This document shows, in pieces, positions 50,963 through 62,569 of a stretch of DNA of 64,000 bases; the first letter of the stretch is position 1; the number at the start of each line of letters is the position of its first letter. This DNA is from Balanoglossus misakiensis (taxonomy: Eukaryota; Animalia; Hemichordata). A model generated the notes under the pieces. The model was not told the DNA's origin. It ran no database searches and was given only the letters and a program-made list of their open reading frames with translations. The DNA lies in assembly GCA_040954595.2 (NCBI GenBank), contig CM082579.2, positions 13,393,834 to 13,457,833 on the forward strand, read 5' to 3'. The translations under genes were made by a program, and so were the position numbers.

Positions 50963-52916
50963 ATGGAAAGAGATGATATAATCCGTATCTATTTCAACAT
51001 GGGCTTCAACTACAGTGAAATCCTGGCTACTTTAGCTGTCAATCATAACGTTGTCATTAGTATGCGTCATCTTAAAAGATTACTGAAGAAACTCGGACTT
51101 TTCAGACGGAAGTACCATTCAGACATCAATGAGGTAATAACATTTCTGAGAGAAGAGGTTGACAAATCTGGAAGACTCCACGGCTATCGGTGGATGCATT
51201 TAAAGTGTGTCCAGAGAGGATCGGTTATCGACAGGGAGAGTGTGCGGTTGTTACTCCAGATCATTGACCCCATAGGTGTGGAATTAAGAAAGAGACGTCG
51301 TCTACGCCGTCGCCAGTATGGGGCTCCTGGGCCGAACTATATGTGGCACCTAGATTCGTATGACAAACTTTCCCCTTACGGAATAGCAATCAATGGGTGT
51401 ATAGACGGGTTTTCCAGGCGTGTAATTTGGGCTAAAGCTTATCACACCAACAGTGATCCGAAGATTATAGCAGGGTACTTCATCAAAGAAGTTGAAAGTC
51501 TGAAATCTTGCCCCCAAAACATGCGAGCGGATAGAGGCACAGAAAATGGACATGTTGAACAGTTCCAGAAGTTTCTAACAAATGATGACAACTGCTTTTA
51601 TTATGGCAGCAGTCAACTCAACCAACGCATAGAACGATGGTGGGGTACATTTCGCCAACACTGTGGACAGTTTTGGTTGGATCTTTTCTACAAACTAAAG
51701 GATGATGGAGTCTTCAGTGGTGATTATCTTGATAAAGATCTGGTCAGATTTTGCTTCCTGAAAATGATACAGGTAAGAAGAAGAATTTGGGACTTAAAAA
51801 ATAATTGTCTTTCCTCAATCTGTTACACTATCACTTATACTGTATATACTTTAAATACTTATACAGAAAATATTGCTAGGATTGATATTATATAGTGAAA
51901 ACGTACAATACAATAAAATATAAGAAGTCCCATGTATAAACTGACTAACAATAACCCTACGCTCTTCCAAATGGGAGGAGTATAAAAAAGAACGTTTTTA
52001 TGTATTGAAAAGAAAGGACTGCTCACATATTTTGGTTTAAACCTTCAAATACAAAGTAAAAAAGGCTTAAAATGTGCTGTACATGTGTTGATATGTATCA
52101 TGATGAACAAAAATCACAACCTGCAATGCATTGTGTGTGTGATTTAAGACTGTCCTTGTCTACTTATTCCAATTGTCCATTTTATGCACCTCTATCCTGC
52201 ATGCATATGTTGGACAACATTTTAGACTTTCCACTCCTTCGATAAATACCTTACTATTAATCTCGGATCGAATACTGTTGGTGTGATAAGCCTCATCATA
52301 AATTACACGCCAGCTGGTAAACCCGTCTATACACCAATTGATAATCTAATATATGTAAATTGTTATAATTATAATATTTGTAATTTTATTCCATTTTTTT
52401 GGTTATATTTTACTTCAATAAATTAATTTTAGGTGTACCTTCCCGTCTGAAGAGTTCATGTAGATGAGGTGTCACCATGTATGTATCTTTTAGATATCCT
52501 ATAGTACCTAGGGACTATGTTTAACTGATGCATGTATTAAACTGCTAACATTGAACTTCCTCATACATTTTATAATTCAGGATGAACTGGATGATGCTGT
52601 AATGGAATGGAATTGTCACAGGATCAGTCGTTCACGTAACGCAGTCTCTCCCATCGGGCGACCTCACATGATGTTCTTTGTCCCGGAGATGTATGGAAGT
52701 CATGATTTCGGATCAACTGTTTCTCAGGAACAGATTAACACATGCCGAGAGGAATGTGTGTTCAAAGGAGCGTGCCCCTGTGATGAAGATTTATTCGAGT
52801 ACTGTGTCTCATACATGGTCGACAACAATATGCATTTACCTTCTGACCCATATTCTGCTGTGGAATTGTACGTGAATCTCCGAAATTCTATAAAATATGA
52901 ATCCTTATCTGACTAG
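50963..52916 (+). CDS. IS3EU transposase, 2 coding exons (50963-51772, 52581-52916), 381 aa, apparently intact
   Basis: N-terminal HTH-like region (YFNMGFNYSEILATL..ISMRHLKRLL), LHGYRWM, RRLRRRQY, WHLDSYDKL (D), RADRGTEN (D), NQRIERWW (E), WNCHRI. Phase-0 intron CAG|GTAAG ... TTCAG|GAT. Confidence 0.9.
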
Positions 52917-53445
52917 CAAGACCTTACTGTAAAAGGAAATTATTATACATCACCCAAACAACAACAACAACAATGTCACTTCCATGCAAGGAACTGGATG
53001 AATTAAAGCAAGATATTTGTCAACACAACAAAGTTTTATTAACTTTCAGAACATAATGACAATATTGTTCATCTTCAACACTGAAGTAATATGAAACTAT
53101 GGCACAGACTTTGTGTTAATGTTAGATCTAATTCTGTAAAGTATAATACTGTCACCGCAAATAAAAGCTGAAATACAACAACTTTGTGGCTCAACTGTTT
53201 GCACCTTAAAACCACATGATGCCCAGGCTTGGTTGTAGATGTAAATATGTAAACAAACAAACAAACATGTTAATAAAGAAACTAAGTATACAGACAATAA
53301 GTGACAAGTAAAGCACTGATCTTCTTTGGTAGAGTGGAACAGAGACTACTCCTAGTTGTTTGTTTACATTATATGTACACCAATAACCAAGCCTGGTCAT
53401 CCTGTGCTTTCACCATTATGTCACACACTGTGTCACATAGTAACT

Positions 53446-53649
53446 GAATAAGTAACTGAATAACTCCCCACAACAGGCTGAATAAGTAACTGAATAACTC
53501 CCCACAACAGGCTGAATAAGTAACTGAATAACTCCCCACAACAGGCTGAATAAGTAACTGAATAACTCCCCACAACAGGCTGAATAAGTAACTGAATAAC
53601 TCCCCACAACAGGCTGAATAAGTAACTGAATAACTCCCCACAACAGGCT
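53446..53649. repeat. 34-bp minisatellite, 6 copies
   Basis: Unit GAATAAGTAACTGAATAACTCCCCACAACAGGCT repeated perfectly. Confidence 0.95.
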
Positions 53650-54038
53650 GCAATAACACATCAAGTATTTAGCTTCTCCATATATTAGATAATATGTGTA
53701 AACATTTAACGTAATCAATGATAAAACAATTTGTAGGAAATATGACAGTAAATGGCAACTGTATGAACATTTAAAGAAAACACTGAAAATAGTGCAAAGT
53801 TACAGGCGCATCCCTTAATGAATCCACATAAATTCACCTCTTCCATGCAGCAAAGAGGTGACTTCTGACACGTCAGGTTCATCATTGACATAATCATTAC
53901 TTTGCATACCAAGTGACTTTACACAAGTATTCCCTGTATTCTTTCTATCAATGTAAGCCAAACACAACAATATTGTCCCTTTAATTCATGTAATAACTCA
54001 CCATTGCTGTTCTACCAATGGAAACAATATCAATGGTC

Positions 54039-56550
54039 TCAAATAATATCCATGTCCCAAAAACCACTGTTCAAAACTGCATTGAACTCACTTCTGAATT
54101 CTACGAAGTTGGCATATGACAATGGCAGTTCAAGCACATTGCCACATGTGTGAGCAACTGGACGACGTTGTAAACCATCAAGTTTAACAAATGACACTTG
54201 AATCGGCTCTGCTGTCATTATGTCACAACCAGTGCAATATCTCAGGAACTTCTTTAGAGTACTTTGTTCAAGTTCACGGATATATCGTTTTAAGTGATTA
54301 GCAACAGCCCTCTCATCATTATTCAAGCATTCGGCGATTTGAAGATGTTGTAGGACTTTCTTTGTTGTTGGTTTCTTGTCATTATACAGTCTATCCAAGT
54401 TCTCTTTGCCAATTTGTTTGCCTAATGGCTGTAAGATTGGTCGCCAACTATCAATGACAAACATTGGCTCTTGTACTATCTCTTTATGCGCTATTTCGTG
54501 CAGAATGGATCCAATGTTTTCTTTGGTTGGCAGTCTTTTACAGTCATGTCGGTCTAACACTTCAATTAACTCATCTTCTTCTACTTCTTGAAAGTTCTTC
54601 ATTGCAGCTTCAAATACTTCACGGTCCGATTCAGACAGGAAGTGATAATACACTTGAAGTAGACTTGCCTCTTCACACTTCTGGTCTCCAAACATTACTT
54701 CTTCCATGAATGGCTTTGCAAACTCAATAGGGAAGTAATCCATTTCCTTCCAACCCTTCATGATTATTCTTGCTACAGCTTCCCATTTTTCTCTTGGGTA
54801 ATCATGCCTAATGAATGGCACCCGGCAATTCTTTCCAACTGTGCAACATTCATAGAACTCGGACCAAAAACTTGTAAAACAGTCTCTCACAACTCCACTA
54901 CCACTACCACGCTCAATATTACCTCCTGGCATAACCATGGCCACATTGATAGGACATGCCATAATCTTTGGATCTGAGAATTCTGAAATCATGTCATTCA
55001 AAACATCACTCCTGTGTATTACAAGTGTTCTAGTCTCCACTGGGTCTTGATCTTCACTGATATGACTGGTAGTGTCTTGGGGCTGGGAATGGCTAACAGG
55101 TTCATCATTTTCAAAGAACGGCAATGTAGAATCAAGGCTTTCTGCTGAGTTACTATTGGAACCCCATGATCCAAACTGAACAATGTTTGAATCATTATCA
55201 CTAATCACCAGTGGTTCTGCATCAGAATCGACTGTCTCTAATGTGACTTCAGAACCTACGTCAGGGATGGGTTCAGACTGGAATCTGCTACAACTGGGCA
55301 TACCATGATCATGGTGAACTGTATCTAGGATATGCTTATTGTGGTTTCCTGCACTTGGTACACCTGCATCATTGCTCTCATCAGACAACATATCAATAGA
55401 TTCCTGTGGAAGAGCTTGTGACTGTCCCTTGCTTGCTTGTCTCGTCTTTGCCGGTGGAACTGGCACATGCCTATCAAGTCCTGGATCAGGTAGATCAGCA
55501 TCACTGCTGTCATCTGACAATGACACTGATTCTAATTGTGACTGCTTACTTGTTTGTCTGCTCTTCTTTTTAGGTTTCACTACCTGTTCACAGTCTTTTC
55601 TCTTTGTCATAATGTAGAAGCGGAGCATTCTAAATCCAGTTACTTCATACAATTCGCCAACGGTGCTTGTTTCATCAATTGTTCTTTCTCCTGAATCTCT
55701 TATGTCAACGTGATAACTGTCCATGTCTCCTCGCTGTGATACGCCGTTGGGGAAAAACAAATCTTTTCCTGTAGTCAGGAGATCAGCTTTCGTGCTCGAC
55801 TTACTTACTGATATACACCTTGTTCCACCACCTTTTCTGGCTCGAACTTGCTTGTATTCTTTTTCAATGAAATCAAAATCAAGCCATCCTATTTCAATTT
55901 TCCGCTTTATTTTTGCTGCATGTGTATTACCAAATGGTCTTGGTCTAGTTGAGGCTTGTCCACGATTACCTTTACTTGATTCTCCCTTGTCATCTGATAC
56001 ACTATTCTGCTTTCCATTTCGAAGGCTAAATTTTTGTCTTATTTTTTTCAGTAGTTCTGACTTCCTGCTCTCTCTGGAACAGTACAAAATAATCTGCGAG
56101 AGAAGTCCACAGCAGCAACTCTGTCCCCATAAGATGTCAAATACTTAGATAACATCTCATCATCCATTAAGAGGATCACCGATGGATCAATCTGAAAATC
56201 AATTTAAAGCACATGGAATCTTAGTGCATGCATATTGGCAGAGGGTGCGGGGGGTCTCGCTAAATACATACATACATACATACATACATACATACATACA
56301 TACATACGGGTACATACATACAAACAAACAAACAAACAAAGATGGAAAGACTGTCAATGAATATTTTTCCACCTACTAGCCTTAAAGCTCATTTAGCCAT
56401 ATTTACATATATGCAACAAGAACTAATAAAAAATTTACCTTTTCCTGTTCAAGTCTGTCAATTTCCTCTTCAGGCACTCTGCGTCGTCTAAGAAATTCAT
56501 ATAGTTTTTCTGCCAGTTTGTCTGATCTGTTTGCTGAAGTAATATTTTTC
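54039..56550 (-). CDS. Transposon-borne HECT-domain E3 ubiquitin ligase (G2E3-like C-terminus), apparent frameshift near 56090
   Basis: Long exon has GSGVVRDCFTSFW, FLRYCTG and RRPVAHTCGNVLELPLSY (catalytic Cys), with an acidic linker. Upstream exon ~56550-56439 (LYEFLRRRRVPEEEIDRLEQEK) splices to 56191 (IDPSVILLMDDEMLSKYLTSYGDR), which is out of frame with the 682-aa ORF. Confidence 0.8.
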
Positions 56551-57403
56551 TGTAAGGAAAATCAACAACAGTTAAATCAAAACTGATGTACCTAAAGACA
56601 AGCATGAAATAATGCATCAACTTGATTTTTATGAACAGTTTGGGAAATTTGAGAATATTATCTCAGAAGGAAAAACTATCTACTTTCTCACCTTGAATAA
56701 AGTTGATATTTCACCAAAAATTACAGTGAAGCAAGAATTTTGTTCAGAATTTTTGGTGAGGAAACTTCTCAATTGTCAACATACATACATACATACATAC
56801 ATACATACATACATGCATACATACATACATACATACATACATACATACATACATACATACATACAATTTAAAATAATTTAGGGAGTGATTAAGACTTCAA
56901 CTTGGACTCTATTGATAATAATATAACTCTTTGTAATAAATGCCATCGGTGCTTAAATCTTCAATATTAAATCAAGTCAATCAATGTGCACAAACATTAC
57001 ACACACACTCATTAATACATAGAGACAGACACATACACACACACACACACACACACAGTTCCTATTTTGCTTTAATTTTTTTGTTTGAAACTTTCATATC
57101 AACTGAAGAGTTGTTGACGTTTGACCTTGGATGTACTGAGGTCACCATACACACTCACATTTGTCTGTGTCATAATCACAGACTGAAGCAAAGTAAAATA
57201 AATCACAGCAGCTGTACTGATGTTAACATTGCATTGTTTAATATTCAAGATCAAGTTAAAGTGCATTTATTTATTGGAAGAATCCAGTTATGGCAACTTG
57301 ATCCTAGGCGATGTAACTATCCGCCCCACACACAAGTTGAATCATGTATGATATATGTTTCAAACAGCGCGGCATAAGGCCAGAGTTAGCCTCAAGTTGT
57401 GAT

Positions 57404-57433
<30 letters not shown>
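56265..57433. repeat. Intronic microsatellites: (ACAT)n at ~56265-56307 and ~56779-56863, (CA)n at ~57035-57057, (TA)n at ~57408-57433
   Basis: Directly visible. Confidence 0.9.
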
Positions 57434-57434
<1 letters not shown>

Positions 57435-57869
57435 TGATGGCATATGTTACATCATGAATCAAAAATCAAGCAAGTTAAGTTGAGTACGAGATACTGACAA
57501 GAACGTCTCAGTCAACCTATTGCATGCAGCACATTGTCAACGTCGCGTCGATCGTGTTTGGCATGATCATGATGACGCTTGACGTGCAAGGCGACTCAAT
57601 AGATTGCCACATCACAAACCAGTACAAATTGTGCATCGTGTGGTCATGTTACGTGTACGACAAATCTAACGGTTATGAGAAGGAGGTAAAATCTCAACTT
57701 ACCAACACTCAGTCAGTCTGATAAGATACGATGCAGCATGTAAGGCAGAATCCGACGAAAAGTCCTGGTACTAGGTCAAGCTAGTAAAAGAACGCCATAT
57801 TCTCTGTACCGATACACCGCCCTCTCTGGACAGTCTCCGTACCAATACACCCGCCCTCTTTAGACAAAT

Positions 57870-58102
57870 TTATCTCGAGATCTCGAGATAAAAAAATAAA
57901 AAGTCGGGAAAACGAATTGGAATTATCTCGAGATCTCGAGATAAAAAAATAAAAAGTCGGGAAAACGAACTTGAATTATCTCGAGATCTCGAGATAAAAT
58001 AATAAAAAAGTCGGGAAAACGAATTGGAATTATCTCGAGATCTCGAGATAAAAAAATAAAAAGTCAGGAAAACGAATAGCATTATCTCGAGATCTCGAGA
58101 TA
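57870..58102. repeat. Right subterminal tandem array, 5 palindromic cores
   Basis: Reverse complement of the left array units. Confidence 0.95.
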
Positions 58103-60109
58103 ATTTTTTATTTATTGCGTATGTACATGTCCCCAACTGGCTTTCATATAAAACCACTGCATCAGGTGAATCTCAATTTTTAAGAGCGATACTTCAAACA
58201 TGCAGCACTGTTTACAAATCGGGGTCAAAGGTTATACAAGAATAACCATGTACAGTTGGTATTTTTCGGATGTACCTCTGGCCATGGCCTTGGTCTATAA
58301 ATTGTTCTTGACAACATATATTTTTAAAGATTTTGGTTTACTGAATTACATCTATAGCTTATAGTGATGGCTGTTTACCTAATAATTATTTTAACAACGC
58401 CAACTTAGCTGGCGCTGGATCGAGGGTACAGGACTATCCTAGGTCAAGGGTCAATCGTGAATGTTTTGGTCGCGAATCAGCTGATCTTTTACAACAGCGT
58501 GTTACGCCCCTTTTTTAAATTTCTCATGAGTGGAGACGTCAGTGAAAGAAGATATTTCGGATAATGGAGCATTCTTGGCAGTGTTTTCAAAGGGTTTCGC
58601 AACCTTTCTACATGGGACGCGGCGGCGCTTGGCAGAACTTTGCGAGGTGGTCGTCATCACAGGTCGCACCGTAGTTGAGAGAGAGAGCCATGACACTGAC
58701 AGAGCCGGGTGAGTGATTGAGATCCTGGATCAGTTGCCGTCACTCAGATCACTAGACATTCTCTCTCATTAGGGTGTAGCTACGGTGTTGCCACGGGACC
58801 TACGACGTTTTATCGTGACGTCGGTGTTGCCCCGACCGGCCAGGGAAGTATATCAGATATGATGAGTCCGGTGATGACTTGGCTTTACGGCAGTCGCTGT
58901 GCCTGTAGATAAAGGAAAGGAACAGTACAACGCGCCGCCAGTGTGATTAGCATCGCTTGGAGCAAGACTAGATGACAGACATCGCCAGGGTCGTTGGCAA
59001 GACCTTGGCGGGCAGAGATGTGTGACACAGGTCCTCCTACAGGTAAGCCAGTCTTAATTCTTTTACATGCTTTTCAGAGTCAGCTTTTTGAGATGGTGAG
59101 GTCTCTGTCGTGTGGTTTCTCTGTGTGACCTTTAGCTCTGCATACAGCCGGGAACACACAGACCTGTACGCAGAGCTATGTGACCTTCTGAGTCATATAA
59201 TAATGTCACATTTAGTACTACTATGGAAACACAGCTAGGGGGAGGGTGGAGGGGGGGGGGTTCTATGCTGGTTTCCCCCATCATAGACCCACCCGTGACC
59301 CCCACCACAAAAATCTGTAGTGAAACAACAGCCAAACCAGTGCACTATATCACAGTCCCTCCATTACATACTGTGACTGTATAAGCTAAAAAATAAGACA
59401 TTCACTTTTTGAAATAAACATTTCTCTGTTAATTATCTCTGAAAGCTTGATATAGGAGAACATTTCGGTTACTTCAATGTCACCATTGTTTTCACTACTA
59501 TCACGTAACAAGCAATTTAAATTACCTTCGCAAAAACAGTATGCTCTATGTTTTTTTGTTAACGCTTTGAGATGTCTGGCTCAAATCTGCGTGAATGCAA
59601 GCTGTCATAACTTTTGTACAAAGTAGTGTCTCATTTTTTTTAAAGCAACTAGCTTGATTTTTAAAATGAAAAAAACTTCTGATATACTAGGAATAGTAGG
59701 ATTTATTCACTGCTCCAGAAGTTTTCTGAATTACAATGCACTTAACGGGACATTAGCTGTAACTTTTGGCTTTAATTGATGTACATATATTTTTGTTTTG
59801 AGTATCAATGGGAATTTCTTGTTCTACTCCAAACAGCATGCTAATATGCCCATTTATACTTCACGTGTCAACATAGCCCGTGAATGTGTAATGTTATCAT
59901 TCACATTTTTTTACTACTGTTACGTAAATATGCAACATGTCTAAAAAATATGTTTTTATAGAATATATTTATTTATTTAGAGTAAAATGTTTTTGGTGAC
60001 ATTTAAATATTTAGTGGATGGTATTTTATACATCAATTGTGGGTTTCAACATATTGTTGGGAGTAGCACAAGAATCTTAAGTGGCCACATAGAATTAATT
60101 TTCAACCTT

Positions 60110-60286
60110 CAGTAAAACCTGTCAAAACCAAACCCTGTCTAATCTGGAAACCTGTCTATACTGAACACCTTTTCAGTACCTTCGACATAGAATCACATGT
60201 TAAAAGAACCTTTACAAACTGGAAATGTCTGTAAACTGAACAATTTCTTCAGTGCCTTCAGTGTTCGGTTCAGACAGGTTTTACTG
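60110..60286. mobile_element. Tc1/pogo (Tigger-like) MITE
   Basis: 14-bp perfect TIR CAGTAAAACCTGTC/GACAGGTTTTACTG with TA on the right. Internal ACCCTGTCTAATCTGGAAACCTGTCT is also present at ~35007-35035. Confidence 0.7.
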
Positions 60287-60289
60287 TAT

Positions 60290-61340
60290 TTAATTTCTCA
60301 CACTGCTGGCCGCTGGGAGTGTGGGATAGGATATCCCCGACGAGTGTGAGAAATACGATCTCAGGTCCTTGGTAGACTGTCGACAGTCCCTCGCGCCTAA
60401 TGTGTATCGATACGGCGTTTCGTGCGAGGGCCGAAGGCCCGATTCGGCGTTTCGTGGTGCGAGGGCCGTGAGGCCCGAGGGACTGTTATAGCTTGTAAGC
60501 CTTGCCTTGATATTAATTATGCATGCAGAAAATGACGTAGTAAAATTTGCATAAGGGGGCGTAAATCAGCGGCGAAACTATCGAAACAACTAAAACTATC
60601 GATGACGGTTCCTCGGTAAATTCGCCGATTCTGTCCAAGAGAAAAGGTGCGATTTCATAAGCCAAATTTCCCACTGCCCGTTGGCGACGCAACAAAAACA
60701 TCTTTGCCGTTGGTCAATGAGTTTATGACGTATATTAACTGTCAATCATTTTACAGGGGCATTTTCCCACAGTGCCCGTGTGAGGGCGAAACAAGGTATA
60801 ACAGTCCCTCGGGCCACGCCATCGGGCCTTACGGCCATCGCACCACGAAACGCCGAATCGGGCCTTATGCCCACAAAAGATACGGGCCTTACGGCCCTCG
60901 CACGAAACGCCGAATCGGTACACATTAGGCGCGAGGGACTGTTGACAGTCTAGTCCTTGGGAGTGTGAGATTCTATTATTCTCACACTCTCACTGAATCG
61001 AAAGCTGTATATGACGCGAGCGCTGATTGGTTGACAAAGAGTTCTTTCTCTTCGCGCACTAAATGTTATCCAATGGCGTGATGTGTATTACAGGCACAGA
61101 ACTATAACGTGCCCCCAGACGACAGTTCCAGAGTCATTTATTCAATGTTTTAACGAATTTGGCTAATTTGTGACCGTGTGAGAAAAATAATCTCACACAC
61201 CAAGGACCTGGGATCGTATTTCTCACACTCGTCAGGGATATTTTGTCCCACACTCGCCTGCGGCTCGTGTGTGACAGAAAATCCCCAACTCGTGTGAGAA
61301 ATACGATCCCAGGTCCTTGGGAGTGTGAGATTCTATTAAT
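60290..61340. mobile_element. Hairpin-terminated non-autonomous element (Crypton-like architecture)
   Basis: Three copies of the arm GTGTGAGAAATACGATC(C/T)CAGGTCCTTGGGAGTGTGAGATT: one at left (split by an insertion) and two forming a hairpin at ~61188-61335. Confidence 0.6.
60373..60952. mobile_element. hAT-like MITE (580 bp)
   Basis: Long TIR TAGACTGTC(G/A)ACAGTCCCTCGCGCCTAATGTGTA.. and 8-bp TSD GTCCTTGG at 60365-60372 and 60953-60960. Confidence 0.85.
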
Positions 61341-62569
61341 CCCAAATGTCATAGCAGCTGCCCCTTTAAAACAATTTCTTTAAAAAATGTGTTTCTAATA
61401 GATTTGGTCAGGTGGAAAAGTATGTCACATACTGTTTTCACTGAACACTGATGTGGTTGCAATTTTATTGACACAGATTGAATCACACTATGCATCACAT
61501 TAGACTTAGGGGTAAACCATTTTATATTTAGGAGAGTGCAGTTTAGTTTCTACTCTGCCTATTCTCTGATGTTTTTTCTTTACTATTTGGCAGAGGCAAA
61601 ATGCAGACTAGTTATGGAAGTGTTCCTAAGTAACTATGCATAAATTATTTCTATTAATCTAAGCACATTATGTAAAATATAAATCAACCACGTAGACTCA
61701 TGTCTCCCCCTACAGTAATGGTGACAATTCTTTTTATAGTACCCAACTTACTCAAGTAAACACACTTAATGTTAGCAAACAGTCCTATAGATATAGCCTG
61801 GTCCCCTGTCCCATTCCTGCTGCTGGTAGTGACAGCAGGGTTAGAAAGTGGGCAGAGAACAAGAGTATCTTACAGGCCTCTTTCATGACCCCTGTGTGAC
61901 CTTACATCCTGGTGATTTGTTGGTTTGACATCATTCATCATTCAATGTTAAATACAACAGCTAATCTTTCTAACACAGGCAATGTTTAACAGTTTTGTTC
62001 AAGGATGAGAAAAAATGCATTGATTTAATAGCGTGGTTGGTAAACTCGAAATTGTATACTCACACCGACAAAAAGCCAGGATGTAGAGGTCAAAAGGGGT
62101 CATAAAAGTGGCATGATATAGCACAGTTGCCAGTGGTGTAATGTTTATATAAACTGTGCAACTTCATTCATATTTCTTAGTGGCAGTAATGTTATTATAA
62201 ATATAAACTGACATCTGAAATCACTTTGCGATGTCGAAATTCAGTGGGAAGAAACAAACGCCAAAAGTTACCACATTTTATACTGACACTTATTTGTTTT
62301 GTACAGTTTACCCTATGGATCCAGCTATCATAGGAATAGGTGCAATAATTGTAGCTTTGGTGGGCTGGTTGATCGCTTATGGGCTTGATCAATCATCCCA
62401 TCTAGGCTACAATTATTGCAGATATCATAGGAAGGGCACATTGGGAACCCCCCCCCCCCCCTCACACACACACACACACACACACAATTTGGGCGACAAC
62501 ACAATATATATATATGATGCAGTCTACAAGTTGCACCGAAATATCTTTAGGTCCCATTTGTACATACTG

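Larger units (their letters stand above)
49985..58148. mobile_element. Complete IS3EU-type DNA transposon (8164 bp) with two convergent genes
   Basis: Perfect terminal inverted repeat TATGAAAGCCAGTTGGGGACATGTACATACGCAATAAATAAAAAATTATCTCGAGA.. and 6-bp TSD TAAAAC at 49979-49984 and 58149-58154. Contains an IS3/IS481-like integrase-core transposase and a HECT gene. Confidence 0.92.

Noticed and set aside
53369-53718. Repetitive ORFs over the minisatellite, and similar ORFs over the TIR arrays and antisense to pol genes
   Set aside because: Artefacts of repeats or shadow frames.
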